Assembly: GCA_036556925.1 (NCBI GenBank)
Contig: DATBIN010000043.1
Location: forward strand, 7,050 to 71,049
DNA length: 64,000 nt
Direction of reading: 5' to 3'
DNA from: Gaiella sp.
GTDB lineage: Bacteria; Actinomycetota; Thermoleophilia; Gaiellales; Gaiellaceae
Made by a program: the position numbers and the translations under genes. A model generated the notes under the pieces. That model was not told where the DNA came from. It did no database searches and was given only the letters and a program-made list of their open reading frames with translations. Of this stretch, positions 1 to 9,453 are shown piece by piece (the stretch's first letter is position 1; each line of letters begins with the position of its first letter).

Positions 1-1155
1 ACGGAGGTGCTGACGCAGATCGGCGCGCTCGAGGACGTCGGGGACGGCACGTTCCTCGCCAAGCTGCGCGAGTCGCCCTTCTATCCGGCCGGCGGTGGTC
101 AGGTCACGGATACCGGCTACATCGAGCGCGACGACGGCTCCGGCCTTCGCGCCGACCTCGTCGAGGCGCACCGGCTGGGGGACGACCAGGTGCTCGTCCT
201 CCGCGGCTCGGGCTTCGCCGCGGGCGACCGGGTGAAGGCCGTCGTCTCCTGGCGCACGCGCTTTCCCACCATGGCGAACCACACGGCGACGCACCTCATG
301 CACCAGGCGCTCCGCGACGTGCTCGGGGGGCACGTCAAGCAGGCCGGCTCGGCAGTCCGCCCCGACAAGCTGCGCTTCGACTTCACCCACGACCAGCCGC
401 TGACGCCGGCCGAGCGCGAGGAGGTCGAGCGGCGCGTCAACGAGAGAATCTTCGAGGGCCGGCCGGTCGTCACGTTCGAGACGCCGATCGACGAGGCGCG
501 CCGGCTCGGCGCCATGATGCTCTTCGGGGAGAAGTACGGCGACATCGTCCGCGTGGTGCAGGTCCCCGGCTACTCGACGGAGCTCTGCGGCGGCACGCAT
601 GTGCGCACGACGGCGGAGATCGGAGCCTTCGCCATCCTGAGCGAGTCCTCGGTCGGGTCGGGCGCGCGCCGCATCGAGGCCGTCACCTCGGGGGAGGCGT
701 ACGCGTACCTCCATGCGCGCGCCCGCGAGCTCGACGAGGTGCGCGAGGAGATCGAGACACTGCGCAAGGAGCTCCGCCGTCGCCCGGCGGCGGGTGCCTC
801 GTCGGACCCGCAGGCGAGCGTTCGCGCCCAGAACGGCGTCAACGTCGTCGTCCAGGCGGTCGACGGCTTCGCGGGCGACGCGCTGCTCGAGCTCTCCGAC
901 CGCTTCAAGCAGCGCCACGCGCCCGCGGCGGTCGTGCTCGGCACCGTCGACGAGGGCAGCGTCCAGCTCGTCGCCAACTTCGACCCGTCCGTGGCCGAGC
1001 GGGTGAGCGCCGACGACGTCGTGCGGAGCGCCGCCGCGCTCGTGGGCGGCGGCGGCGGCGGCCGACCCACGATGGCCCGCGCCGGCGGCAAGGACGCAGC
1101 GCGGCTCCCCGACGCGCTCGCCGAGGCGGAGCGGCTGATCGTCGCCGCACTGTGA
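1..1155 (+). CDS. alaS: Alanine--tRNA ligase, C-terminal part (5' truncated by window edge)
   Basis: PFYPAGGGQ..DTG, editing motifs NHTATHL and ELCGGTHV, LFGEKYGD, C-terminal GGGGGGRPTMARAGGKD; frame open to base 1. Confidence 0.97.
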   Translation, partial: TEVLTQIGALEDVGDGTFLAKLRESPFYPAGGGQVTDTGYIERDDGSGLRADLVEAHRLGDDQVLVLRGSGFAAGDRVKAVVSWRTRFPTMANHTATHLMHQALRDVLGGHVKQAGSAVRPDKLRFDFTHDQPLTPAEREEVERRVNERIFEGRPVVTFETPIDEARRLGAMMLFGEKYGDIVRVVQVPGYSTELCGGTHVRTTAEIGAFAILSESSVGSGARRIEAVTSGEAYAYLHARARELDEVREEIETLRKELRRRPAAGASSDPQASVRAQNGVNVVVQAVDGFAGDALLELSDRFKQRHAPAAVVLGTVDEGSVQLVANFDPSVAERVSADDVVRSAAALVGGGGGGRPTMARAGGKDAARLPDALAEAERLIVAAL

Positions 1156-1544
1156 AGGTGCTCGCGCTCGACTACGGCGCGGCGCGCACGGGCGTGGCCG
1201 TCTCCGACGAGACGGGCCTCCTGGCGAGGCCGGTCGGGATCGTGGACCGGGCGGCCTCGCAACCGGGCCTCGACCGCCTGGCCGTGCTGGCCGCCGAGCT
1301 CGGCGCCGAGCGCGTCGTCGTCGGCCTGCCCCTGACGCTGCGCGGCGAGCGGGGCGAGCAGGCACGCGAGACGGAGGCGTTCGTCGAGGCGTTGCGCCAG
1401 CGCCTCGATCTGCCGGTGGAGACGTTCGACGAGCGCTTCACCACCACGCTGGCCCAGGGAGCCCCGTCGGACGTGCCCGAGGACGCGCGCGCCGCGGCCT
1501 ACCTGCTGCAGAGCTGGCTCGACCGCGCAAGGGCGAAGCCGTGA
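1152..1544 (+). CDS. ruvX: YqgF/RuvX RNase H-like nuclease (putative Holliday junction resolvase / pre-16S rRNA nuclease)
   Basis: LALDYGAARTGVAVSD, VVGLP, DERFTT motifs; GTGA-coupled to alaS; conserved alaS-ruvX-mltG order. Confidence 0.95.
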   Translation: MKVLALDYGAARTGVAVSDETGLLARPVGIVDRAASQPGLDRLAVLAAELGAERVVVGLPLTLRGERGEQARETEAFVEALRQRLDLPVETFDERFTTTLAQGAPSDVPEDARAAAYLLQSWLDRARAKP

Positions 1545-2377
1545 GGCACGCGCTGCGCGGCATGGCCGTCCTCGTCGCCCTGGCGCTCGCCGGGTGCGGC
1601 GCCGGCGCGGAGAGCGCGCCGCCGACCACCGAGGCGGAGCCTCCGCCCCTCCAGAGGCTGCGGATCATCTTCCCCGAGGGCTTCAACGTGCGCGAGATGG
1701 CCGACCGCGTGGACGCCGTGCACGAGATCGCCGTGCGCGAGCGGAAGGTCGTGCCGCGCCTGACGAGGGCCGCCTACGTCCGGGCTGCGGGCCGCGTGCT
1801 CCCGCCGCCCGCGTTCCGTCGCGAGGCGAAGGGGAACATCGAGGGATTCCTGTTCCCGGCCACCTACGAGTTCACGCAGCGGACGCCGGCTCGACGGCTC
1901 GTCGCCGACCAGCTGCGGGCGTTTCGCGCGAAGTGGGCGCTCGTCGACCTCCGCTACGCGCGCTCGAAGAACCTGACGCCGTACGACGTGGTCAAGATCG
2001 CCTCCATGATCGAGAAGGAGACGGTGGCGCCCGCGGAGCGGAAGCTCGTCGCGGCGGTGATCTACAACCGCCTCCGGAACCGCATGCCGCTCGGGATCGA
2101 CGCCACGATCCGCTACGGGCTGAACATCCCGGGCACGGAGTCCCTCACGAAGGCCGCGCTGCGGACGGACTCCCCGTACAACTCGCGGCTCCGCACGGGC
2201 CTCCCGCCGACGCCGATCGCCAACCCGGGCCTCGCCTCGCTGCAGGCCGCCGCGCATCCGGCCGCAGTGGACTACCTGTACTACGTGCGCAAGCCCCACT
2301 CGAAGCGGCACTTCTTCACGGCGAGCGAGTCGGAGTTCCTGCGCAAGGTCTGCCAGTACGGGTACTCCTGCGACTGA
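1541..2377 (+). CDS. mltG: Endolytic transglycosylase MltG (short, with lipobox)
   Basis: EGFLFPATY, ASMIEKE (catalytic Glu), YNRL..MPLGIDAT, SPYN, GLPPTPIANPG, YLYYV; N-terminal LALAGC. Confidence 0.93.
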   Translation: MRHALRGMAVLVALALAGCGAGAESAPPTTEAEPPPLQRLRIIFPEGFNVREMADRVDAVHEIAVRERKVVPRLTRAAYVRAAGRVLPPPAFRREAKGNIEGFLFPATYEFTQRTPARRLVADQLRAFRAKWALVDLRYARSKNLTPYDVVKIASMIEKETVAPAERKLVAAVIYNRLRNRMPLGIDATIRYGLNIPGTESLTKAALRTDSPYNSRLRTGLPPTPIANPGLASLQAAAHPAAVDYLYYVRKPHSKRHFFTASESEFLRKVCQYGYSCD

Positions 2378-2405
2378 GTGGACTCGATGTCCCCTCGGTC
2401 GCAGC

Positions 2406-2433
2406 GGGCCTGACCCCGCAGGGGTCCGACGTC
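2406..2433. repeat. Degenerate REP-like doublet (GGGGTC[T/A]GACCCC family)
   Basis: gggcctgacccc-gca-ggggtccgacgtc; same layout as the reverse complement of 53679-53707. Confidence 0.5.
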
Positions 2434-2526
2434 GCCCGTGCCCCGCGTCACCGGACACCGTCGGTCGGGTCGGCGGTCGCCGCCTGGCGATGCCGTCCGG
2501 TCCTCCTCGCACGTACCCTGCAGGAC

Positions 2527-3267
2527 GTGATCGAGATCGACGGCACGACGACCCTCGTCGGCCTGCTGCGCTGGCCGCCGTCCCATTCGCTGTCGCCGCG
2601 CATGCAGAACGCCGGGTTCTCGGCACTCGGGCTGGACTGGGCCTACGTCCCGCTGCCCACGCCCCCGGAGTCGCTCCACGAGGCGGTGCGCGGGCTCGTC
2701 GTCACCGGGTTCGCGGGGGCGAACGTGACCACCCCGCACAAGGAAGCGGTGGTGGCGCTCTGCGACGAGGTCGACGACGTGGCCGAGCGCGCCGGCTCCG
2801 TCAACACGCTCGTGGTGCGAGACGGGCAGGTGCTCGGGTCGTCCACGGACGGCGCCGCCGTTGTCGACCAGGTCGAGGCGCGCGGCCGGAGCGCGCTCGT
2901 GCTCGGGGCCGGCGGAGCGGCCAAGGCCGTCGCAGAGGCGCTCTCGCGTGCCGGGGCCGACGTGCGCATGGTGGGCAGGCGCGACCCGGACTGGCCGCCC
3001 TCCGGTGACGGCGTCGACATCCTCGTCAACGCCACGCCGGTGCGAGACGGGGTCATCGTCGAGCCGCGTCCGGCGATGCAGGTCGTCGACCTCACGTACG
3101 AGGCCGACGGCTCGCCGACGGCGCTGGTCCGCGCCGCCCGCGAGGCCGGGTGCGAGACCGTGGTGGACGGCCTCGACGTGCTCCTCTTCCAGGGCGTCCG
3201 CTCCTTCGAGCGCTGGACGGGCACGACCGCCCCGATCGAGGCGATGAGGAAGGCGCTGCGGTCGTGA
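2527..3267 (+). CDS. aroE: Shikimate dehydrogenase
   Basis: HSLSPRMQN, GANVTTPHK, GSVNT, TDG, LGAGGAA, VNATP, DGLDVLLFQG; GTG start 7 nt after TACCCT. Confidence 0.94.
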   Translation: MIEIDGTTTLVGLLRWPPSHSLSPRMQNAGFSALGLDWAYVPLPTPPESLHEAVRGLVVTGFAGANVTTPHKEAVVALCDEVDDVAERAGSVNTLVVRDGQVLGSSTDGAAVVDQVEARGRSALVLGAGGAAKAVAEALSRAGADVRMVGRRDPDWPPSGDGVDILVNATPVRDGVIVEPRPAMQVVDLTYEADGSPTALVRAAREAGCETVVDGLDVLLFQGVRSFERWTGTTAPIEAMRKALRS

Positions 3268-4652
3268 AGATCGCGCTCGCCGCCGTCGCCGTCGCCGTGG
3301 CCGGAGGCGTCGCGGGGCTCGGGCTCCTCTTGAGCGGCGGGTCGTCCCTCTCGTGGGAGCCCTGCGGCGCGATCGAGTGCACGACCATCGTGGTGCCGCT
3401 CGACTACGACCATCCGGACGGCCGCGTCATCGAGCTCGCGGTCGCGAGGCGCCGGGCGATCGATCGCAGCGAGCGCATCGGCACGCTGCTCCTGAACCCA
3501 GGCGGGCCGGGAAGCGCCGCCATCTCCTACGTGCGCGACGCCGGCGCGGTCCTGCCCCGGGAGGTGCTGCGCCGCTTCGACATCGTCGCCGTCGACCCGC
3601 GCGGCGCGGGCAGGAGCGAAGGGCTCGCGTGCAGCGTCGATCCCGAGCGGCTCTTCGAGGCGGAGGACGCCTTCGTCGGAGGGGAGAGGAAGCTCGCCCG
3701 GCAGATCTACCGCGCCGCCCTCAACGGCTGCCTGCGCGAGGATCCCGAAGCCCTGCCCTTCCTCGGCACCGTGAATCACGCGCGCGACCTCGACCGGCTG
3801 CGGGAGGCGCTCGGGGAGGATCGCGTGGCGTTCATCGGCTTCTCCTACGGCACGCTGCTCGGCGCCGCGTACGCGCACCTCTTCCCCGACAGGGTGCGGG
3901 CGATGGTGCTCGACAGCGGCGTCCTTCCCGGGGCCTCGTGGGAGGACATGGTCCGCGGCCAGGCGGCATCCGTCGAGCGGGCGCTCGAGCGCTTCTTCGC
4001 CACCTGCCCGTCGCCGAGCTGCGACCTCCAGGACGCGCGCGCGACCTGGCTCGCAGCCGCCGAGCGCCTCACGCAGTGACCGATCCGCGTCGGCCAGCAA
4101 CGGCTGGGCGTCAACCATCTCGTCGCCGCCACCTACCTGGGGCTCGCCGGCGGGGACGTCGGCTACCCGATCCTCGCCGACATGCTGCGCCGCCTGCAGG
4201 CGGGGGACGCGGAGCCTCTGCGCGCCGTCACCGAGCTCTTCGGCAGCCCGCAGGAGGTGGCGTCCCGCATCGCGATCGACTGCGCCGACTCGGCGGCGCG
4301 CCCCTCCGATGCCGCGCTCGTCCGGCTCGTGGAGGAGCTGAAGCCGGTCCACCCGCTGATCGGCTGGCGCCTCGTGTCGGCGTGCCCGGACTGGTGGCCG
4401 CGACAGGCGGAGCCCTTCCCGGACGTCGCGGCGGGAGTCTCGAGCCCGATCATGGTCATCGGCACGACCAACGACCCCGTCACGCCCTACGCGTGGTCGC
4501 AGGCTCTCGCGAAGCGCCTCGGCTCCGCGGTCGTGGTCACGAACGAGGGCATCACGCACACCGCCACGTCGACGCGGGCGTCCTGCATGGACCGCGTCGT
4601 CGCCCGCTACCTCGTCGACGGAGACGCTCCGGCGTCCGCTCGCTGTCCGTAG
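3264..4652 (+). pseudogene. Secreted alpha/beta hydrolase (TAP-like tripeptidyl peptidase family) interrupted by in-frame TGA at 4077-4079
   Basis: N-terminal hydrophobic signal, VPLDY, LLLNPGGPG, DPRG, GFSYG nucleophile; the same frame resumes after TGA and gives TTNDPVTP and GITHT. Confidence 0.8.
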
Positions 4653-4661
4653 GCTGCGCGC

Positions 4662-5756
4662 GTGAGCTTGACGCTCGTCACGGCCGGTGAGTCGCACGGG
4701 CCCGCGCTCGTCGCCGTCGTCACAGGCCTTCCCGCGGGCCTGCGGCTGGACAAGGACGCGATCGACGCCGACCTGCGCCGCCGCCAGCAGGGCTACGGAC
4801 GCAGCCCCAGGCAGAAGCTCGAGACGGACGAGGTCGAAGTCCTCACCGGCCTGCGGCACGGCGTCACGCTGGGGACGCCGCTGACGCTCCTCGTGCGGAA
4901 CCGCGACCACGCGAACTGGGCGTGGGGCATGTCGCCCTGGCCTCCGGTGGGCGAGCCGAGCGGGAAGGGCACGAAGCCGGTGACGCTGCCGCGGCCGGGC
5001 CATGCGGATCTCGCCGGCGTGCTCAAGTACGGGCACGACGACGTCCGGAACGCGCTCGAGCGCGCCAGCGCCCGTCATACCGCCGTCCACGTGGCCGCCG
5101 GCGCGGTCGCCAAGGCGCTCCTCGCCTCGCTCGGCGTGACCGTGGCCGGACGGCCGGTGGAGGTCGGCGGGGAGAGCACGGACGAGGGCATGAAGCAGGC
5201 CACCGACGCGGCGCGGAAGGAGCGCGACACGCTGGGCGGCGTGGTCGAGGTGGTCGCCACCGGCGTGCCGCCGGGGCTCGGCTCGTATGCGGAGAAGTCC
5301 GCCCGGCTCGACGCGCGGCTCGCCGCCGCGGTGATGGGCATCCAGGCCGTGAAGGGAGTGGAGATCGGGGAGGGCTTCGCGCTCGCGCGCGTGCGGGGCT
5401 CCGCGGCCCACGACGAGATCGACCCCGGCCTGACACGGCGCACGAACCGCGCGGGCGGGATCGAGGCCGGCACCTCCAACGGGGAGCCGATCGTCGTTCG
5501 CGCCGGGATGAAGCCGCTGCCCACGCTGATGCGCCCCCTCGCCTCCGTCGATCTCGCGAGCGGGGAGCCGGCGGAGGCGCTCGTCGAGCGCTCCGACGTC
5601 CAGGCGGTGGAGGCGCTCGCCGTCGTGGCGGAGGCCGCCGTGGCCTGGGAGCTCGCGCGCGCCGCCCGGGAGAAGTTCGGCGGCGACGCGCTCGAGGACC
5701 TGGTCGCCGCGCATCGCGCCTACCTCGCGCGCATCGCCCCACTGTGGACGCGGTGA
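4662..5756 (+). CDS. aroC: Chorismate synthase
   Basis: [42 protein letters not shown]. Confidence 0.97.
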   Translation: MSLTLVTAGESHGPALVAVVTGLPAGLRLDKDAIDADLRRRQQGYGRSPRQKLETDEVEVLTGLRHGVTLGTPLTLLVRNRDHANWAWGMSPWPPVGEPSGKGTKPVTLPRPGHADLAGVLKYGHDDVRNALERASARHTAVHVAAGAVAKALLASLGVTVAGRPVEVGGESTDEGMKQATDAARKERDTLGGVVEVVATGVPPGLGSYAEKSARLDARLAAAVMGIQAVKGVEIGEGFALARVRGSAAHDEIDPGLTRRTNRAGGIEAGTSNGEPIVVRAGMKPLPTLMRPLASVDLASGEPAEALVERSDVQAVEALAVVAEAAVAWELARAAREKFGGDALEDLVAAHRAYLARIAPLWTR

Positions 5757-7198
5757 CGCCCGGGCGGGCGCCGCACGCGCTCGGTCGTCATCTCGCCCTG
5801 GCCGGCTTCATGGGCGCCGGCAAGACGACGATCGGAGCGGAGGTCGCGCAGCGCCTGGGACGTCCGCTCGTCGACCTCGACGGCGAGATCGAGCGCCGCG
5901 CCGGTGCGCCGGTGGCCGAGGTCTTCGCGACGCAGGGCGAAGCGGGCTTTCGCGTCCTGGAGGAGGCGATCGCCGGCGAGGCGCTGCAGGCCGCGCCGCC
6001 TGCCGTTATCGCGCTCGGCGGCGGCGCTGTGCTCGCGGAGCGGACGCGGGCGCTGCTCGCGGAGCGCGCGTTCACCGTCGTGCTCGATGTCGAGCCGGAG
6101 GTCGCGTGGGCCCGCGCGCGCGACTCGGGACGCCCGCTCGCGCAGGGCGAGGACGCGTTCCGCGCGCTGTTCGACGAACGGCAGCCCGTCTATGCCGAGG
6201 TGGCGGACGCTCGTGCGGGCGACGTGGACGACGTGCTGCTCGCCGCGGCGGGCATCCACGTCGAGCCCGGCGCGCTCGACCTCCTCGGCGACCTCGCGCC
6301 CGGCGAGGGGCCGGTGGAGATCGTGATCGACCGGCACGTCGCGGGCATCCTCGGCGTGCGGGTGCAGCTCGCGCTCGGCGCCCGGGACAACGCGGTGCAC
6401 GAGGTGCCGCAGGGCGAGCCGGCCAAGACGCCCGCCGTGCTCGAGCGCATCTGGTCGGCTCTGCGCCTCGGGCGGGACGGCGCGCTCGTCGCCGTCGGCG
6501 GCGGTGCCACCACCGACGTCGCCGGCCTCGCCGCCGCCACCTACATGCGGGGCGTCCCCTGGGTGGCGGTACCGACGACGCTCGTCGGCCAGGTGGACGC
6601 CGCCATCGGCGGCAAGACCGCCGTCGACCTCCCCGGCGCGAAGAACCTCGTCGGCGCCTTCCATTGGCCCGCGCGGGTCGTCGCCGATCCGGCCGTGCTG
6701 GAGACGCTTCCCGAGAGCGAGCGCCGCAACGGGCTGGCGGAGGTGGTGAAGACGGGGCTGCTCCTCGGGGAGCCGCTGTGGGAGCTGCCCGAGCAGGACC
6801 AGGTGCGTCGCTCCGCCGCCTTCAAGGGGGCGCTCTGTTTGGGGGATCCCTTCGACCGGGGGCCGCGCACGCAGCTCAATCTCGGGCACACCTTCGCGCA
6901 CGCGCTGGAGGCGGCGGCCGGCTACGCGCTGCCGCACGGGCACGCCGTGGCGCTCGGTCTCCTCGCCGCACTCCGTCTCTCGGGGCTCGACGACGAGCGC
7001 CGGACGGTCCTGCAGGTGCTGGCGCCCGAACGGGCCTCGGTCGACCGCGACGCCGCGTGGGCTGCCCTCGCCCGCGACAAGAAGGCTGCGCAGGGACGGC
7101 CCCGGCTCGTGCTCCTCGAGGCCCCGGGGAAGCCGCGCTGGGGCGTCGAGCTCCCGGACGAGGACGTGCGCGGCGCCCTCGACGAGCTCATCGCGTAG
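5753..7198 (+). CDS. aroB: Bifunctional shikimate kinase / 3-dehydroquinate synthase (AroK-AroB fusion)
   Basis: [10 protein letters not shown]-loop, ALGGG, RPL; then [47 protein letters not shown]. Confidence 0.95.
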   Translation: MTPGRAPHALGRHLALAGFMGAGKTTIGAEVAQRLGRPLVDLDGEIERRAGAPVAEVFATQGEAGFRVLEEAIAGEALQAAPPAVIALGGGAVLAERTRALLAERAFTVVLDVEPEVAWARARDSGRPLAQGEDAFRALFDERQPVYAEVADARAGDVDDVLLAAAGIHVEPGALDLLGDLAPGEGPVEIVIDRHVAGILGVRVQLALGARDNAVHEVPQGEPAKTPAVLERIWSALRLGRDGALVAVGGGATTDVAGLAAATYMRGVPWVAVPTTLVGQVDAAIGGKTAVDLPGAKNLVGAFHWPARVVADPAVLETLPESERRNGLAEVVKTGLLLGEPLWELPEQDQVRRSAAFKGALCLGDPFDRGPRTQLNLGHTFAHALEAAAGYALPHGHAVALGLLAALRLSGLDDERRTVLQVLAPERASVDRDAAWAALARDKKAAQGRPRLVLLEAPGKPRWGVELPDEDVRGALDELIA

Positions 7199-7209
7199 GG
7201 TGCGGCGCG

Positions 7210-7641
7210 GTGCGGATCGACGTGCTCAACGGCGTGAACCTCGACCTGCTCGGACGTCGCGACCCCGCCGTCTACGGCGACTGGTCGCTGCAGGACCTCG
7301 AGACGCAGATCTACTCCTGGGCCCGCGAGCTCGGGCTGCAGGTGCGCTGCCGGCAGACGAACCACGAGGGCGAGTACGTCGAGTGGATCCACGCCGCGCT
7401 CGACGGCACGGACGCCCTGGTGCTCAACCCCGCCGCCTGGACCCACTACTCGTGGGCGATTCGCGACGCTGTCGAGTCGTTCTCCGGCCCCATCGTCGAG
7501 GTGCACATCTCGGACGTCGACGACCGCGAGGAGTGGCGGCGTCACTCCGTGCTCGAGGGGATCGCGACGGCGCGCGTCGTGGGCAAGGGCATCGAGGGCT
7601 ACCGCGAGGCGCTGGCCATCCTCGCCGAGGGGAGCACGTGA
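7210..7641 (+). CDS. aroQ: Type II 3-dehydroquinate dehydratase
   Basis: LNGVNLDLLGRRDPAVYG, QTNHEG, NPAAWTHYS, EVHIS, RRHS. Confidence 0.96.
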   Translation: MRIDVLNGVNLDLLGRRDPAVYGDWSLQDLETQIYSWARELGLQVRCRQTNHEGEYVEWIHAALDGTDALVLNPAAWTHYSWAIRDAVESFSGPIVEVHISDVDDREEWRRHSVLEGIATARVVGKGIEGYREALAILAEGST

Positions 7642-8693
7642 GCAGGATCGAGCGCCTCGCGGAGCGTCTCGGCCAGCCGCTCCTCGTGACGAAGGGCGCC
7701 AACGTCCGCTACCTGACCGGCCTCGACAGCTCGAACGCGGCCCTGCTCGTCGAGCGGAGCGGGGAGGCGACCCTCTACACGGACTTCCGCTACGTGAACA
7801 CCGCTCGCGAGCTCGGCGGCACCACCGTGGTCGAGACCAGCCGCTACGTGATCCGGTCGCTCGCAGGGCTCCTCTCCGGGCGCTCGATCGCGATCGAGGC
7901 GGACCACCTGAGCGTGTCGGCCTTCGAGACGCTTCGCGGCGGCGGCATCCGGGCCGAGCACACGACCGGCCTCGTCGAGGCGCTTCGCGCCGTGAAGAGC
8001 GACGAGGAGCTCGCGGCCCTGCGCCGTGCGGCGGCGCTCTCGGACCAGGTGTTCGAGGACCTTTCGCACGAGCCGTTCGTGGGACGCACGGAGGCCGAGC
8101 TGGCCTGGTGGATCGAGCGCCGCTTCCGCGAGCTCGGAGCGAGCGCGAGCTCGTTCGAGCCGATGGTCGCCTTCGGCGAGATGGGCGCGCGTCCCCACGG
8201 ACATCCCCGCGCCGACGCAGCCGTCCCGGGCGGGACGCTGGTCGTCGTCGACGCCGGTTGCGTCGTCGACGGCTACTGCTCGGACTGCACGCGGACGTTC
8301 CTCACGGGCGGCGCCCCGGACGCCGAGGCCCGGAGGCTCCTCGACCTCTACGAGCTCTGCGCCCGGGCGCAGCTCGACGGGCTCGCGGCGGTGCGGCCCG
8401 GAGCCCACGGCCGGGACGTCGATGCAGCCTCGCGCGTGGCGGTCGAGGCAGCCGGCCTCGGCGACGCCTACGGGCACGGCCTCGGCCACGGCGTCGGCAT
8501 GGAGATCCACGAGGCGCCCGTCCTCCGGCCGGAGTCCGAGGACACGCTCGAGGTCGGGAACGTCGTCACCGTGGAGCCGGGGATCTACCTCCCGGGCGAT
8601 GTCGGCGTCCGCATCGAGGACCTCGTCGTCGTCACCGCGGACGGCTGCGAGCGGTTGACGACGTTCACGAAGGAACCGCTGACCGTCGGCTAG
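7638..8693 (+). CDS. Xaa-Pro aminopeptidase (M24 family)
   Basis: TDFRY, RAVKSDEE, DAG..YCSDCTRT, HGLGHGVGMEIHE, TVEPGIY, GVRIED; usual aroQ-M24-efp context. Confidence 0.93.
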   Translation: MSRIERLAERLGQPLLVTKGANVRYLTGLDSSNAALLVERSGEATLYTDFRYVNTARELGGTTVVETSRYVIRSLAGLLSGRSIAIEADHLSVSAFETLRGGGIRAEHTTGLVEALRAVKSDEELAALRRAAALSDQVFEDLSHEPFVGRTEAELAWWIERRFRELGASASSFEPMVAFGEMGARPHGHPRADAAVPGGTLVVVDAGCVVDGYCSDCTRTFLTGGAPDAEARRLLDLYELCARAQLDGLAAVRPGAHGRDVDAASRVAVEAAGLGDAYGHGLGHGVGMEIHEAPVLRPESEDTLEVGNVVTVEPGIYLPGDVGVRIEDLVVVTADGCERLTTFTKEPLTVG

Positions 8694-8781
8694 AGGCTTG
8701 ATCTGAAATCCGAAGCGTCCGGACGGCTTCAGGGGTTTGTGCGTCCGGAATCCGCGCGAGCTGATCCGGACCGCCCCGGCT
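8693..8781 (+). repeat. Dispersed ~90-100 bp intergenic repeat, copy 1
   Basis: Shares cggcttcaggggtttgYgcgtccgga (25/26) and the aggcYtgatStgaaatcc end with the reverse complement of 30456-30556. Confidence 0.85.
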
Positions 8782-8842
8782 ACCGGGTCGCCCCCCGACG
8801 ACGGTCGGGCGGCGGATGCGCGCAGGTACCCTCTGGCCCGGG

Positions 8843-9409
8843 ATGGCCGAGGTCGTCAACACGAACCAGTTCCGGAACGGGATGCACATCGAGCACAAGG
8901 GCTCGATGTGGCGCATCGTCGAGTTCCAGCACGTGAAGCCGGGCAAGGGCGGCGCCTTCGTGCGCACGAAGCTGAAGAACCTCGAGTCCGGAGCCGTCGT
9001 CGACGAGACGTTCCGCGCCGGCGAGAAGTTCGCCCGCGTGCATACCGAGGTCAAGCAGGTGCAGTTCCTCTACGAGGACGGGTCCGAGGCGCACTTCATG
9101 GACGAGTCGACGTTCGACCAGTTCACCCTGCCGCGCGCCGAGATCGCCGCCGAGCTGGCGTTCATGCAGCCGTCCGCGTCCGTGCAGATCCTCGCCGTGA
9201 ACGGCAAGCCGTCGGGGATCCAGCTCCCCGCCTCCGTCGAGCTCGCCGTCACGCAGACGGAGCCGGGCGTGAAGGGCGACACCGTGTCCAACGTGACGAA
9301 GCCCGCGACCCTGGAGACGGGCGCGGTCGTCCAGGTGCCGCTCTTCGTCAACGTCGGCGAGCGGATCAAGGTCGATCCCCGCGAGGCCCGCTACATCTCT
9401 CGCGCCTGA
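8843..9409 (+). CDS. efp: Elongation factor P
   Basis: VEFQHVKPGKGGAFVRTKLKN, PGVKGDT, KPATLETG, VPLFV. Confidence 0.98.
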   Translation: MAEVVNTNQFRNGMHIEHKGSMWRIVEFQHVKPGKGGAFVRTKLKNLESGAVVDETFRAGEKFARVHTEVKQVQFLYEDGSEAHFMDESTFDQFTLPRAEIAAELAFMQPSASVQILAVNGKPSGIQLPASVELAVTQTEPGVKGDTVSNVTKPATLETGAVVQVPLFVNVGERIKVDPREARYISRA

Positions 9410-9453
9410 GGGCGCGGCCGCTGATCCCGCCGTCTGCGAGTCGCTAAGGTCCC

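Noticed and set aside
2643-5714. Very long shadow ORFs (this 1023-aa one; also 9391-12591, 38382-40973, 42074-45199, 45318-47939, 56666-59653)
   Set aside because: Antisense or off-frame shadows of real genes caused by high GC; Arg/Pro/Gly-rich with no recognisable motifs
5753-7198. AroK-AroB fusion as a novelty
   Set aside because: A known bifunctional architecture in several bacterial lineages
8693-8781. Hammerhead ribozyme suggested by ctgatg...gaaa in the repeat
   Set aside because: The core CUGANGA and the stem II between it and GAAA are absent
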